DNA of 64,000 nt, taken from assembly GCA_943354575.1 (NCBI GenBank), contig CALRCL010000001.1, positions 2,934 through 66,933 on the forward strand, written 5' to 3'. Each line of letters starts with the position of its first letter. The stretch's first letter is position 1. The position numbers and the translations under genes were made by a program. The stretch is from Patescibacteria group bacterium UBA4664. GTDB lineage: Bacteria; Patescibacteriota; Saccharimonadia; CAILAD01; BJGX01. Positions 49,305-60,731 of this stretch are shown here, piece after piece. The notes below the pieces were generated by a model. That model was not told the origin of the DNA, searched no databases, and was given only the letters and a program-made list of their open reading frames with translations.

Positions 49305-50744
49305 TCATCTAGCCAGCTGCGAAATTATTGATTGGGCCCTAGAATCGCCTACGACTTTGGCGATATCAGCTCGGGATGCCTGTTTTATGCCAGCAACACT
49401 GCCGAAGGCCCTTATGAGTTTTTTTCGGGTGGCTGGTCCGACTCCGTCTATATCATCCAATATTGAGCGCTTGGTGCGAGTATTTCTGACGTGGGTGTGG
49501 TAACTAATCGCAAAACGGTGTGCTTCGTCACGAACGCGCTGAAGTAAATGCAGCAGAGCCGAATTAGCTTCAAAATTATACATGTAGTAGCCCCCTTCTT
49601 TACGTAGACTAGTACTGGAGCTAATATCATTGCTGTCAATTACCAACGTCTCGAAGCGTTTTGCCAGCCCTACGGTCAAAACTTTTACATCCATGCTATC
49701 GAGGGTTTTTTTGGAGCTAGAGAGCTGCCCCTTTCCCCCATCTACGATAATCAAGTCGGGCTTAGGCCAAGCTTTATTGCGCTCTGAAAAACGTCGAGTC
49801 AGGGTTTCTTGCATCATTGCAAAATCGTTTGGACCGCGCGTTCGCATCTTGAAATGCCTGTACGCTTTAGTATCTGGCAAGCCATCGGAAAATACTACCA
49901 TCGAACTGACACTATCGCCACCAGCAAAATTACTAATATCGTAGCATTCAATTCGACGAGGAGCTTTTTTTAGCCCTAGCAACTCTGCAAGCTCAAAAAG
50001 AGCCGAGTCCACACCTAGGGCTATTTTTTCATCTCCACCAAAAACGACTCTACTATTTAATGCTTTCAGGGCCAAAAATTGATTCCTGAGCTCTGCGGCT
50101 TCTTCATAGCTACGTTTTTTAGATAATTTGCCGATGTCTTTTTGTAGCTGATCGATAAGCTGGGTACTTTTGCCCTCTAGAACCAGCACCAGCTTTCTTA
50201 TTTGTTTGCGGTAGTCGGACTTCGATATATCTGGCCTCGGGAGCACGCCAATTTGATATTCTAGCTTGGAGCTGTATTTGTGTTTGTCTTTAACAAAATA
50301 TGGAAAAACCTTACGCAAATGCCTTAAAGCTTGGCGCACTCCGTAGCTTTGCACGAAAGGCCCGAAGTAGCGCGACTTGTCGTCGGCTGGGCGTCGGACC
50401 AAGCTTACTGTAGGAAAGTCTTCTTGCATTGTGATGCGAATAAAAATAAAATTCTTATCATCTTTTTCTCTGACGTTATATAGTGGCTTGTGTCGTTTTA
50501 TAAACTCTGACTCCAAGAATAAAGCGTCTACTTCAGAGACGGTCTCTATCCAGGTAATGTCGGCGATATTCTCGACTAGAATTGGGGTTTTTTGGTCTTT
50601 GTGGTTTTTAGCAAAATACGAGCTGACTCGCCTTTTCAATATCGATGCTTTTCCAATATAAATAATTTGTCCTTTTTTATCCTTAAAAAAGTAGACACCG
50701 GGAGTAGTTGGTAGGCTTTGGAGCTGCTGTTTGATTGATTTCAT
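49305..50744 (-). CDS. uvrC: excinuclease ABC subunit C (short form)
   Basis: GIY-YIG PGVYFFKDKKGQIIYIGKA, central UvrC domain, C-terminal HhH GVGPATRKKLIRAFGS. 479 aa. Confidence 0.8.
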   Translation of the reverse strand: MKSIKQQLQSLPTTPGVYFFKDKKGQIIYIGKASILKRRVSSYFAKNHKDQKTPILVENIADITWIETVSEVDALFLESEFIKRHKPLYNVREKDDKNFIFIRITMQEDFPTVSLVRRPADDKSRYFGPFVQSYGVRQALRHLRKVFPYFVKDKHKYSSKLEYQIGVLPRPDISKSDYRKQIRKLVLVLEGKSTQLIDQLQKDIGKLSKKRSYEEAAELRNQFLALKALNSRVVFGGDEKIALGVDSALFELAELLGLKKAPRRIECYDISNFAGGDSVSSMVVFSDGLPDTKAYRHFKMRTRGPNDFAMMQETLTRRFSERNKAWPKPDLIIVDGGKGQLSSSKKTLDSMDVKVLTVGLAKRFETLVIDSNDISSSTSLRKEGGYYMYNFEANSALLHLLQRVRDEAHRFAISYHTHVRNTRTKRSILDDIDGVGPATRKKLIRAFGSVAGIKQASRADIAKVVGDSRAQSIISQLAR

Positions 50745-50852
50745 TATTTATCATTATACCTTATGTTTGGTTATGCCCACTCCTAGCTATTGCTTTTTAT
50801 GTAAAAAGTTGTATATTAAGGCTATCCGTACCTCAAAAAACATAGGAGCAAA

Positions 50853-51125
50853 ATGGAATTCATGGATCTGCTAGGCGAACTCACCAGCTACCAAGCTATC
50901 AATCTCGCAGAAATCCTACAAGAATTTATTGCAATCGAAAAGCTACTAGACCAACACAGCGATAAGCCAGACCGAGAAAAGTTTCTTAGGCAAGCCCGCA
51001 TATGCTCGGCTAGCCTCAAGAGTCCCCCATGGAATATAAGCATCACAACTCTCAGTGAGATTTGTGACAACACCACGCAGTGGGCTCAAGATATTGATAA
51101 GTGGAGCGAGCGCAGCAAGTTATAA
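50853..51125 (+). CDS. hypothetical protein (90 aa)
   Basis: AGGAG RBS 6 nt upstream. Followed by the hairpin GGCTCCGGG-ATT-CCCGGAGCC at 51148-51168. Confidence 0.4.
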   Translation: MEFMDLLGELTSYQAINLAEILQEFIAIEKLLDQHSDKPDREKFLRQARICSASLKSPPWNISITTLSEICDNTTQWAQDIDKWSERSKL

Positions 51126-51234
51126 TTTTTTAACCTTTATTTTTAAGGGCTCCGGGATTCCCGGAGCCTAAACTAACCTAGCCAGTAAAGCCAGCTATTT
51201 GCTCTTATGTTTATTTGAAAGTACCATTGGTAGT

Positions 51235-52101
51235 ATGTGGATCGTATATTCTCTATTGTGCGCACTTAGCGATAGTATCGCAAGTCTTATGAATAAGAAG
51301 CTTATTTCTAAAAAGCAAGATCCGATGTCGGTATCGTTGTTCATACATGCTTTTGGTGCTTTGGCTTTTTTTATACTCGCATTACTCACTGCCCAGAAAC
51401 TATTTCCAATCAGCAGTGAGCTGCTGTTGCTGTTGATAATTACAGCGGCGGCTACGGCGGCGGCAGGAGTAATACTGCTGATGGCGTTTCGCAAAGGAGA
51501 CCTCTCGCTGATTGCCCCAATCCAGACCATTACTCCTCTGCTGATACTAATAATTGCTATATTTTTCCTCAAAGAGACTCCTAGCCCTCTTGGCCTTATT
51601 GGTATTGTACTCATAGTGCTGGGTGGTATTTTGCTAGACAAGAACCCAAACGAAACACTCGGCTCAATAGCAAAGAGAATCGTCAGCTACAAACCTGCAC
51701 TACTGGGAGTTCTGGCTGCGGCGCTGTATGCCCTAGTTTCAGTTTTCGATAAAGGCGGCTTGAAGATTACTGCATTGGGAGTCTGGATATTTTACGTTTA
51801 TTTTTTTATATTTATTTTTTTACTACCGATAGTGCTTATTAAAAGACGCCGAGAGTTGATGAAATTAAAAGACAACAAGCTGCTGCTACTGGCTTCGGCC
51901 TTTTTTAGTGTATCGGCCATTTACCTTCAACTCCTAGCCCTTCAAACCGCGCTGGTGACCTATGTATTATCAATCAAAAGACTAAGCTCGGTGCTTGCGG
52001 TAATTCTGGCCTATTTTGTACTAAAAGAAAATCGAGCGCTCTTTAGGCTCAAGGGTGCTGCCATAATGGTGCTCGGAGCTATCTTGATTGGTCTGAGCTA
52101 G
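51235..52101 (+). CDS. EamA/DMT-family transporter
   Basis: Ten predicted TM helices in two EamA-like halves. The ORF track begins at a TTG (51199), the first ATG is at 51235. The antisense ORF 51195..51641 is rejected. Confidence 0.6.
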   Translation: MWIVYSLLCALSDSIASLMNKKLISKKQDPMSVSLFIHAFGALAFFILALLTAQKLFPISSELLLLLIITAAATAAAGVILLMAFRKGDLSLIAPIQTITPLLILIIAIFFLKETPSPLGLIGIVLIVLGGILLDKNPNETLGSIAKRIVSYKPALLGVLAAALYALVSVFDKGGLKITALGVWIFYVYFFIFIFLLPIVLIKRRRELMKLKDNKLLLLASAFFSVSAIYLQLLALQTALVTYVLSIKRLSSVLAVILAYFVLKENRALFRLKGAAIMVLGAILIGLS

Positions 52102-53491
52102 CACTAGTCCACTTCGCCTCATAAGCCTTGATATCAAACTTATTCTTTAAGCCGTTATAATTCATGTAGCGAATTTTTCCAAACACTGGCCTACTAAACC
52201 ATGCTCTGTCGTGTAAGCCGGCAACCGACCATAGCACACCCACATAGCCGTTGGGGTCGCCGCCGTCGATTGAGTAGTGGTCGTTGAGATAATTGGCATG
52301 CTCTACTGCTTGATGAGGGCTTTCACTCCACTCGAGTATTTTTTTTGCCCAGTACATACGCATGTAGCCGTGCATTTTGCCGGTTTTGGAGAGTTGCGAT
52401 TGGGCGGCATTCCAGGCTCCATCGTGAGTATTCAAATTTTCAAGCTCTTTTAGGCTATACAGGTATTCGCGTTCGTCGTGTTCGTGCTCAGCTAGGGTTT
52501 TCTTGGCCCAGTCTTTAGCACCTGCGAGTTTTTTATAGTTCGAATTGTAATAGCAATAATTGTCGGCCAGTTCTTTGCGAACTATTAGCTCTTCAAGTAG
52601 AGCATCAATACTATCGCCAATGGTTGGCTGGCCTTCATATTTAGCTAACCGCGGCTCTTTAATTAGTAGCGGGGTGTGGTGACGGGTAAGCTCAAGCGCT
52701 ACTCGCAGGGATGATATTTGACCATAGTGTAGGTAAGGGCTAAGCCCGCTTAAGCCATCGATGTTAGGATTATTACGATCTCCGGCATAGCCGGCTAAAC
52801 GGGTTTTAATAAATTCTTTAAGATGAGCCAAAGCCGCTTCCGACCCAGCTTCAAAATTGACAGTCGTGCCGTTGGTATCTATTTTTTGCACAATCTCATC
52901 GGCGCGGTCCCAATCAGGTTTCAGGCTCGGCTTCATTGCGATACTGTGCTTAAGAAGTTTTGGTGGCTCCTCAAGCCAATTTATAAGCTGTAAATGCACT
53001 TTCCTACGGAAGGTGTGGGCAGCAAATTCTTCATGCTCAGAGGCTGTCCAGATTGGGATAATATTATGAGTGTCAACCTCCTCTACACTACAATCAGCAT
53101 TATCTGCGATATAATTCTTGGTGTTTATAGGACCTTTTAGCGGACTAAAGTCAAAAACTATGGCGGCTGGTTGCAATTTATTCAACTGCTCCAGAAGTCC
53201 TGCGGCATGATCTTCAAAAAATAAAGTAAACTCAATATCATGCGCTCTGAGATCTGGCTCAACTAGCCTAAGGCCGGCTATCATAAATTGATAATGTTCT
53301 CTGGCTCTGTCGCCTGATTTTGATAAAAGGTTAAAAGCAACAACCAGAGGGAGTTTGTTCTCAAGCGCAATCTGCTGAGCGCGTAGTAAAGCATGGTTAT
53401 CGTGAACTCTTTGATCGCGGCTCATTACATAAATCACACACTTGCCGGCTTTTAAAGGCAAGCTATTGAGGTTTTTAGTGCGTTTGTCCAT
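52079..53491 (-). CDS. phr: deoxyribodipyrimidine photolyase (class II CPD photolyase-like)
   Basis: N-terminal photolyase alpha/beta domain, FAD-binding C-terminal region WSVAGLHDRAWFSRPVFGKIRYMNYNGL. Confidence 0.8.
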   Translation of the reverse strand: MDKRTKNLNSLPLKAGKCVIYVMSRDQRVHDNHALLRAQQIALENKLPLVVAFNLLSKSGDRAREHYQFMIAGLRLVEPDLRAHDIEFTLFFEDHAAGLLEQLNKLQPAAIVFDFSPLKGPINTKNYIADNADCSVEEVDTHNIIPIWTASEHEEFAAHTFRRKVHLQLINWLEEPPKLLKHSIAMKPSLKPDWDRADEIVQKIDTNGTTVNFEAGSEAALAHLKEFIKTRLAGYAGDRNNPNIDGLSGLSPYLHYGQISSLRVALELTRHHTPLLIKEPRLAKYEGQPTIGDSIDALLEELIVRKELADNYCYYNSNYKKLAGAKDWAKKTLAEHEHDEREYLYSLKELENLNTHDGAWNAAQSQLSKTGKMHGYMRMYWAKKILEWSESPHQAVEHANYLNDHYSIDGGDPNGYVGVLWSVAGLHDRAWFSRPVFGKIRYMNYNGLKNKFDIKAYEAKWTSASSDQSR

Positions 53492-53527
53492 AATATTTAT
53501 TATACAGCTATTAAGCCATAAGGTGGT

Positions 53528-56344
53528 TTATTTTTTGAGTGTCTTTTTGAGATAGCTGCCCGTATAGGAGCCAGCAATTTTTGCCACTTGCTCGGGAGTC
53601 CCTTGTGCAATTACGTTACCACCCTTGCTACCACCCTCTGGGCCCAAATCTATCACCCAGTCGGCACACTTGATGACATCTAAATTGTGTTCAATAACTA
53701 AGACAGAATTACCCATAGTTACTAAGGCATTTAGGACTTCGAGAAGTTTTTTTACGTCTTCAAAGTGCAGGCCGGTGGTTGGTTCGTCCAATATGTAGAG
53801 CGTACGGCCAGTTGCCCGTCGGCTTAGCTCCGTCGATAGCTTAATACGCTGAGCCTCTCCGCCTGATAGAGTTGTGGCTGGCTGTCCGAGCTTAATATAG
53901 CCCAGCCCCACACTTTTGAGCGTTTCTAGTTTGCGGTTGATGGCTGGAATATTGGCAAAAAAGTCGCAAGCTTCTTCGATCGTCATAGCCAAAACATCGG
54001 CGATGTTTTTACCTTTATAGACTATTTCAAGTGCTTCGCGGTTATAGCGCTTTCCATTACAGACATCACAGGTAACATAAACATCTGGCAAAAAGTGCAT
54101 TTCGATTTTGATTATTCCATCACCCTTACAATTTTCGCATCGCCCACCTTTGACATTAAAGCTAAAACGTCCAGCGCTGTAGCCTCTAATTTTGGCTTCA
54201 GAGACCATCGAAAATAGTTCCCTGATATCGTTAAATGCCCCGGTATAGGTCGCTGGGTTGCTGCGCGGGGTACGCCCAATTGGGCTCTGGTCGATATCTA
54301 TTACTTTATCAAGATTATCAGTGCCTTCGATAGATTTGCATTTGCCGGCCGGCTCTTGACTACGATGATACTCTTGGCTTAATCGGCGCGCCAAAATATC
54401 ATTAATAAGTGAGCTCTTGCCCGATCCAGATACGCCCGTAACGACAGTCATAATACCTAGCGGGATCTCAACCGATATATCATTCAGGTTGTGCTCAGTG
54501 GCTCCGACTATTTTGAGCGCCTTACCGTTTGGTTTACGGCGAAGTTTGGGTACTTCGATCGACTTTTTGCCAGATAGGTACTGCCCTGTCAATGACTCCT
54601 CGACCATAGCTACCTCGTCTGGTGTGCCAGCCGCCACAACTTGGCCGCCATGCTCACCAGCTGCAGGTCCGATGTCGATGACATAATCGGCCATTCTAAT
54701 GGTATCTTCGTCGTGCTCCACAACTATCACTGTGTTTCCGAGATTTTTGAGTTTCAAAAGAGTGGCGATTAGTCGGTCGTTGTCTCGTTGGTGCAGACCA
54801 ATCGATGGTTCGTCAAGTATATAAAGAACTCCCATCAGGCTTGAGCCGATTTGGGTCGCCAAACGAATACGCTGAGCCTCACCGCCGGCCAAAGTATTGG
54901 CACTTCTGTCTAGACTCAAATAGCTCAAACCGACATCATTTAAGAAGTTCAGGCGTGCCAAGATTTCTTGAATAATCTGATTAGAAATTATTTTTTGCTG
55001 TCCGACGAGTACGATTTTTTTATAATATGCCAGCGCATCTTCTACGGTCATTTCAGAAATATCGGCAATCGATTTGTCATTAATGGTGACTGCCAGTACC
55101 TCTGGCTTGAGTCTTTTACCATCACAGACCACACAAAGCTGACTGGTCATGTATTTTTCGATTTCTTTTTTAACAAAATCGCTATCAGACTCGTGATAAC
55201 GACGTTCGAGATTCGGAATAATACCCTCGAACTTAGTGCGGTAGGTTCTGCCGCTTGGTCCCGGTACGCCGATTTCTTCGTCGCCAGTACCATACAGAAC
55301 TATCTTCAGCTGGGCTTCAGAAAGCCTCTTAACGGGCATCTCGAGACTAAATTTGTGGGCTTTAGCCACAGCTTGAAGTAACTTGGTATACCAGTTTAGT
55401 CGCTGAGTAGTACGGCTCCAGGGTCGTATTGCGCCCTCTAATATACTAAGGCTCTGGTTGGGTATAATTAGCTCTTGGTCAATTACTAGTAGCGTTCCTA
55501 GCCCCATGCACTTAGGGCAAGCACCATGCGGAGAGTTAAAACTAAAAAGCCTAGGTTCGATTTCTGGCAATGCAAAATCGGAGTCGGCTGTAGTGTAGTG
55601 TTCGGAATAGAGCTTTTCTTCATTAGTATCATAATTAAGCACGCTAATGACACCATCACCAAGATGCAAGGCGGCCTCTACGGACTCAACTAGGCGCTGT
55701 GGGTTCTGCTTATCGATTGTCAAACGATCCGTAACAACCTCGATGGTGTGCTTTTTTTGTTTATTGAGGCTGGGTACTTCATCGATTGGGATGATATTGC
55801 CGTTTAGCCGCACCCTGGTGTAGCCAGCTTTTTGAATTTCATCGAGCAAATGAAGGTGCTCGCCTTTTTTATCTTTGACGATTGGTGCCAGCAAAACAAC
55901 TTTAGTATCTTTAATATTTTCAAAAATCAAATCAACTATTTGCTGGGGAGTCTGTTTAGTCAGAACTTCGCCCGTCTTAGGGTTGTGCGGTACGCCGACT
56001 CGGGCAAATAGTAGTCGCAAGTAATCGTATATCTCAGTTACGGTCGCAACCGTACTTCGGGGGTTTCGGCTAGATGACTTTTGGTCGATAGATATGGCCG
56101 GGCTCAAGCCATCGATTTGATCGACATCGGGCTTTTCCATGAGGCCTAAAAATTGCCTGGCGTAAGCGCTGAGGCTTTCGACATACCTGCGTTGACCTTC
56201 GGCATAGATAGTGTCAAACGCCAACGAGCTCTTACCGCTTCCGGAGAGTCCAGTAATTACCACGAGTTTATCGCGTGGTATTTCGACATCGATATTTTTG
56301 AGGTTGTGCTCGCGGGCACCCTTAACAATAATTTTATCGTGCAT
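53528..56344 (-). CDS. uvrA: excinuclease ABC subunit A
   Basis: Two ABC ATPase modules ([20 protein letters not shown]), Zn fingers [12 protein letters not shown]. 938 aa. Confidence 0.95.
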   Translation of the reverse strand: MHDKIIVKGAREHNLKNIDVEIPRDKLVVITGLSGSGKSSLAFDTIYAEGQRRYVESLSAYARQFLGLMEKPDVDQIDGLSPAISIDQKSSSRNPRSTVATVTEIYDYLRLLFARVGVPHNPKTGEVLTKQTPQQIVDLIFENIKDTKVVLLAPIVKDKKGEHLHLLDEIQKAGYTRVRLNGNIIPIDEVPSLNKQKKHTIEVVTDRLTIDKQNPQRLVESVEAALHLGDGVISVLNYDTNEEKLYSEHYTTADSDFALPEIEPRLFSFNSPHGACPKCMGLGTLLVIDQELIIPNQSLSILEGAIRPWSRTTQRLNWYTKLLQAVAKAHKFSLEMPVKRLSEAQLKIVLYGTGDEEIGVPGPSGRTYRTKFEGIIPNLERRYHESDSDFVKKEIEKYMTSQLCVVCDGKRLKPEVLAVTINDKSIADISEMTVEDALAYYKKIVLVGQQKIISNQIIQEILARLNFLNDVGLSYLSLDRSANTLAGGEAQRIRLATQIGSSLMGVLYILDEPSIGLHQRDNDRLIATLLKLKNLGNTVIVVEHDEDTIRMADYVIDIGPAAGEHGGQVVAAGTPDEVAMVEESLTGQYLSGKKSIEVPKLRRKPNGKALKIVGATEHNLNDISVEIPLGIMTVVTGVSGSGKSSLINDILARRLSQEYHRSQEPAGKCKSIEGTDNLDKVIDIDQSPIGRTPRSNPATYTGAFNDIRELFSMVSEAKIRGYSAGRFSFNVKGGRCENCKGDGIIKIEMHFLPDVYVTCDVCNGKRYNREALEIVYKGKNIADVLAMTIEEACDFFANIPAINRKLETLKSVGLGYIKLGQPATTLSGGEAQRIKLSTELSRRATGRTLYILDEPTTGLHFEDVKKLLEVLNALVTMGNSVLVIEHNLDVIKCADWVIDLGPEGGSKGGNVIAQGTPEQVAKIAGSYTGSYLKKTLKK

Positions 56345-56435
56345 TGACTAACTCCTTTGGCTTAGTGATAATTAAGTCGCAAAATCAGCTATCAATTGTA
56401 CTCTTGATGTCAATATAATTCAAGGGTTAGCTGGG

Positions 56436-57056
56436 CTAGCTTATAACTCTGTTTTCACCGTTATTGAGGTTTTGGCGTCGTTTTTCACTGTTTTCACTTT
56501 TGTCTTGCATACTCGCGACTCTGGATATTTCATTTTGACCCAATTCGCCCTCGAGCCAACCGCCACGGCTCACTACATCGGCCCTGATTGATGCCTTGCC
56601 AGCTAAGATATCAGCAGCTAGCCTGTGCCTACCACCTCCAATAGTCCAGTAAAACTTATCGTCTTGGTCTCGACTTAGTGTAAGGTATACGCGGTCTTTC
56701 CTCTCGGCCTCCTCGCGGTTGGCTTCGCTTGAGAGCCAGTCGATTCTGTCTTTACTTGAGGCGCCATCTTTAGATTGGCTACTCATCTGGGCTAGCAGAT
56801 CTACAATTTGCTTGCTTTGCAATAACTCGGCAATTGGAACATCACAGCTACCAAATATTACAGCTCTTTTCTGCTCTGGGTCGTTATAATCCAATGCTTT
56901 CTCATGCTGCGCCGGCAGCTTGGCTGCGAGCTCCTTCATATCTTGGCTAAATTCTTCGACGGGCAGGGCCTGCTCGCCTTTAGCTATCGCCTTTAGTTCG
57001 TTGTAGAGGGTGCTGGGGTGCTGGTCACTCGATTGTGGTGTAGGCTCGCCGTTCAT
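56436..57056 (-). CDS. hypothetical protein with ParB/Srx-like GGRHRLAA motif, inserted between uvrB and uvrA
   Basis: 206 aa. [16 protein letters not shown] resembles the ParB/sulfiredoxin DGxHR core. Start overlaps the uvrB stop (ATGA). Confidence 0.3.
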   Translation of the reverse strand: MNGEPTPQSSDQHPSTLYNELKAIAKGEQALPVEEFSQDMKELAAKLPAQHEKALDYNDPEQKRAVIFGSCDVPIAELLQSKQIVDLLAQMSSQSKDGASSKDRIDWLSSEANREEAERKDRVYLTLSRDQDDKFYWTIGGGRHRLAADILAGKASIRADVVSRGGWLEGELGQNEISRVASMQDKSENSEKRRQNLNNGENRVIS

Positions 57057-59038
57057 TTGATTCTCTGGCTCTTAACAACATCAGCGATTTCTTCGATCTG
57101 GTCACGCAGCTCGGCGGCCTTCTCGAATTGCAGGTTAGCAGCTGCCAGCTCCATCTGCTCGGTCATTTGTTTTTCAAGAAAAGCGAGTTCGTCTTTTGGC
57201 ACTTTATAAAAGTCGATGCTTTCGAGGTCGGCTTTTTCAGCTTCAGCTTCGGCTCGCATGCTCTCAGATATAGCCTTCTGAATCGTGGTCGGGGTAATAT
57301 TGTGCTTTTCGTTGTAGCGTTGCTGTAATTCGCGGCGATTATTGGTGGTTTCGATTGCTCGCTGCATACTGCCAGTCATATTGTCGGCATATAGTATTAC
57401 TTTGCCATCTTGATGTCGAGCTGCTCTACCGATAGTTTGTATTAGAGCCGTCTCGGATCGCAAAAAGCCTTCTTTATCGGCATCAATAATTGCCACCAAA
57501 CTTACCTCTGGCAAATCTAGACCCTCGCGCAAGAGGTTAATACCGACCAGTACATCATAAACGCCAGCCCTGAGGTCTCTTAATATATCTACTCGCTCCA
57601 TAGTATCGACATCCGAATGAAGGTACTGGACCTTTATCTTTAACTCGCTGAGGTAGTCGGTAAGATCTTCCGACATTCGCTTGGTCAGTGTCGTTACTAG
57701 TACACGTTGGTGTTTTGCTACACGGTCGCGGATTTCTGCAATTAAGTCATCGACCTGGTGCTCGCTAGGGCGGACCTCGAGTATCGGATCGAGCAACCCG
57801 GTCGGGCGAATAATCTGCTTTACTATCTGCTGCGATCTGCTGAGTTCGTATGTACTTGGTGTAGCCGAAACATAGACAACCTTATCGACGTGGCGCTCGA
57901 ACTCGCTGAAGTTGAGTGGTCTATTATCCAGGGCGCTAGGAAGCCTAAATCCGTGCTCGATGAGGTTTTCTTTGCGTGCCCGGTCGCCGGCATACATTCC
58001 GCCGACTTGAGGTATCGACATATGGCTTTCGTCGATGAGCATCAAGAAGTCATCGGGAAAATAGTCCATTAGTGTGGCCGGCTGCTCGCCTGGCTCGCGG
58101 TTGGTGAGGTAGCGTGAGTAATTTTCGATACCCTTGACGTAGCCGGTCTGCTCCATAATCTCTATATCATACTTAATGCGGCTCTCGAGGCGTTGGGCTT
58201 CGATGAATTTGGCATTTTTCTTAAACCAAGCTACTCGCTCTTCAGCCTCGGCTCTGATTTCACTGATAGCTCTTTGTAGTTGATCTCTTGGGGTAACATA
58301 GTGCTTAGCTGGAAAAATACTAACATCGCTTAGTTTAGCGATAACTTCGCCGGTCAAATAATCGATTTGCTTGATGGAGGCAATTTCATCTCCAAAAAAC
58401 TCAATTCTGTAAGCGCACTCCTCGCCAACGGGAAAGATGTCGAGGTTTTCACCGCGCACCCTGAAGCTGCCACGCTCAAAACTAATATCATTGCGCTGAT
58501 ATTGGATATCGTTTAGTTGCCTCAAAAGCTTGTCGCGCTTGCGAACCTCTCCGACACTGAGCTTGATTGTCATACCAGCATAATCTTCGATGCTACCAAT
58601 GCCATATATGCAGCTAACCGATGCGACAATAATAACATCCTTGCGGCTAAGTAAGCTGGCGGTGGCGGCGTGGCGGAGGCGGTCGATCTCCTCATTGATT
58701 GCGCTATCTTTTTCGATATAAGTATCGCTACGAGCAATGTAGGCTTCAGGTTGGTAGTAGTCAAAATAGCTCACGAAGTAATGAACGGCATTATCTGGGA
58801 AGAATTCCTTAAATTCGCCATACAGCTGTGCTGCTAGAGTTTTGTTGTGGCTCAAAATCAAAGTTGGCTTACCATAATTTGCAATGACATTAGCCATTGT
58901 AAAAGTTTTTCCTGAGCCGGTTATACCCAGTAGAGTTTGGTCTTTTATATTTTTACTCAAACCCAGGCTGAGTTTTTTAATAGCCTCGGGCTGGTCTCCA
59001 GCCGGTGGAAACTTTGAATGTATCTTAAAAATGGTCAC
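57053..59038 (-). CDS. uvrB: excinuclease ABC subunit B
   Basis: GITGSGKT Walker A, helicase motifs, C-terminal UVR domain. Confidence 0.95.
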   Translation of the reverse strand: MTIFKIHSKFPPAGDQPEAIKKLSLGLSKNIKDQTLLGITGSGKTFTMANVIANYGKPTLILSHNKTLAAQLYGEFKEFFPDNAVHYFVSYFDYYQPEAYIARSDTYIEKDSAINEEIDRLRHAATASLLSRKDVIIVASVSCIYGIGSIEDYAGMTIKLSVGEVRKRDKLLRQLNDIQYQRNDISFERGSFRVRGENLDIFPVGEECAYRIEFFGDEIASIKQIDYLTGEVIAKLSDVSIFPAKHYVTPRDQLQRAISEIRAEAEERVAWFKKNAKFIEAQRLESRIKYDIEIMEQTGYVKGIENYSRYLTNREPGEQPATLMDYFPDDFLMLIDESHMSIPQVGGMYAGDRARKENLIEHGFRLPSALDNRPLNFSEFERHVDKVVYVSATPSTYELSRSQQIVKQIIRPTGLLDPILEVRPSEHQVDDLIAEIRDRVAKHQRVLVTTLTKRMSEDLTDYLSELKIKVQYLHSDVDTMERVDILRDLRAGVYDVLVGINLLREGLDLPEVSLVAIIDADKEGFLRSETALIQTIGRAARHQDGKVILYADNMTGSMQRAIETTNNRRELQQRYNEKHNITPTTIQKAISESMRAEAEAEKADLESIDFYKVPKDELAFLEKQMTEQMELAAANLQFEKAAELRDQIEEIADVVKSQRIK

Positions 59039-59270
59039 GCTACTATTGTAGCAACTTTAGCGACCAATAAGTACAGATTTGAGCACAGTAACAAAATTAG
59101 GTTTTTGGATAGCCAAAACCTTGATTTCTGCTTCTGAACTGTAATATTCGATTCGTATTTTTTTGGTTTGTGTTGTAAGCATTTCTTTTTGTTTTTAATT
59201 ATTCTTAAATCTAATTGTGGATTATCATAAGCACTATGTCAATAGGCAATTTAGATGATTATTGTAAAAA

Positions 59271-59429
59271 CTATTTAATACCAACTGTAGCGGCGAAACT
59301 CTTATAGACCAGGAATACGCCGACCAACACAAAAAGTGCGCAGACCATTATTACTGTCAGCTGGTTGGCTCTTGTGATTGGGCGGGCCTTGGATGATGAA
59401 ACTCGGCTGGGCGTTTTTGTTCTAGACAT
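59271..59429 (-). CDS. small membrane protein (52 aa), not in the ORF track
   Basis: ATG preceded by AGAGGAAG RBS. MSRTKTPSRVSSSKARPITRANQLTVIMVCALFVLVGVFLVYKSFAATVGIK: basic N-terminus plus one TM helix. Confidence 0.3.
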   Translation of the reverse strand: MSRTKTPSRVSSSKARPITRANQLTVIMVCALFVLVGVFLVYKSFAATVGIK

Positions 59430-59518
59430 TTTGCTTCCTCTAATTTGTTATGCTTTTATATAGTGTAGATTATACGCTGCACTGAGTTCTCGTCAAGCTG
59501 TATTGTCTTGGGTCAACT

Positions 59519-59764
59519 TCAGGCAAATATAGAATCTAGCTTGGCCTTATCAAAACCAACTACTATCTCGCCACCAGCATCAATCACTGGCACGCCCATT
59601 TGGCCTGACTTGTCTACCATTTCCTGCACTCTGTCGCGGTCTTCGGCAAGGTCTACTAGCTCATAGGCTATATCGTTATCAGCAAAATACTCTTTGACAT
59701 TTTTACAAAAAACACATGTGGGGGTGGTATAAAGTATTACTTTTTTATCACTTTTAGAGCTCAT
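59519..59764 (-). CDS. glutaredoxin-like/NrdH-like thioredoxin-fold protein
   Basis: 81 aa, CVFC active site (ILYTTPTCVFCKNVKEYF), GVPVI motif. Confidence 0.7.
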   Translation of the reverse strand: MSSKSDKKVILYTTPTCVFCKNVKEYFADNDIAYELVDLAEDRDRVQEMVDKSGQMGVPVIDAGGEIVVGFDKAKLDSIFA

Positions 59765-59801
59765 AATTTTTCTCCTTTTACTTTAATAAGTTTAGCATCA
59801 T

Positions 59802-60731
59802 TTATATTTTTGCCAAGTACTGTGAGGCCTGAATTGCGGCTTTGGCACCTTCACCAGCTGCTGTTATGATCTGCTTTTCGATAACAGTGGTAATGTCACC
59901 TGCTGCAAAGATGCCAGCTACTGAAGTCATATTGTATTCGTCTATGATTATTTCAGAGTGCTTGTTGAGCTTAACGAGTCCCTTCAAATAGTCTGTTGCT
60001 GGCAACGATCCGACTTCTATAAACACTCCCGATACAGGCAGGTCTTTCTGGAGTCCTCCGTCTCGGGATTTTATCCTTATCGAAGAAACAGTCTTTTCGC
60101 CCTCAATAGCTACGGCCTCGGTGTTGTTCATAACACGGACATGTGGCAGGTCCATAACCTTATCAATCATAACCTTATCGCCGTTGAGCTCCTTGGTAAT
60201 ATTAATGATATATATCTGCTTGACTAATTTGCAGAGATTAAGGACCGAGTCTAGGGCCGAGTTACCGCCGCCGATAATTGCCACGTCTTTGCCCTTAAAG
60301 AGTGGGCCGTCGCAATAAGCACAGTAAGCTACGCCGCGATTGAGAAACTCTTTTTCACCAGTTATTCCGAGCATGCGAGGTACCTTACCACCGGCAATAA
60401 TAATTGCCTTGGCAGTTTCGGATTTGCCGTCACCCGTCGCTATCACAAAATTCTTGCCCTTCTTTTTAATATCCTTAATGCCAGATATGCTGATTCTGAG
60501 CTCAAGGTCTTCCTTGAACTCATCTAAATGATCTTCAAATTTTTTAACTAAATCAGGGCCAGTGATCATACTGAAGCCTAGGTAGTTCTCGATATCACTA
60601 CTCCAGCTGGCCTGACCCCCAATGTCCTTACTGATAATTAGTGTCTTAAGTTTTTTACGAGCGGCATAAACTCCAGCTGTCATTCCGGCTGGGCCTGCTC
60701 CTACAATTATAATGTCGTAGAGGGTGCTCAT
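59802..60731 (-). CDS. trxB: thioredoxin-disulfide reductase
   Basis: FAD site IIVGAGPAGMTAGVYAA, redox CAYCDG, NADPH site IIGGGNSA. Confidence 0.9.
   Translation of the reverse strand: MSTLYDIIIVGAGPAGMTAGVYAARKKLKTLIISKDIGGQASWSSDIENYLGFSMITGPDLVKKFEDHLDEFKEDLELRISISGIKDIKKKGKNFVIATGDGKSETAKAIIIAGGKVPRMLGITGEKEFLNRGVAYCAYCDGPLFKGKDVAIIGGGNSALDSVLNLCKLVKQIYIINITKELNGDKVMIDKVMDLPHVRVMNNTEAVAIEGEKTVSSIRIKSRDGGLQKDLPVSGVFIEVGSLPATDYLKGLVKLNKHSEIIIDEYNMTSVAGIFAAGDITTVIEKQIITAAGEGAKAAIQASQYLAKI

Noticed and set aside
51195-51641. 148-aa minus-strand ORF
   Set aside because: It is antisense to the well-supported EamA transporter gene and has low-complexity Ser/Ile composition.
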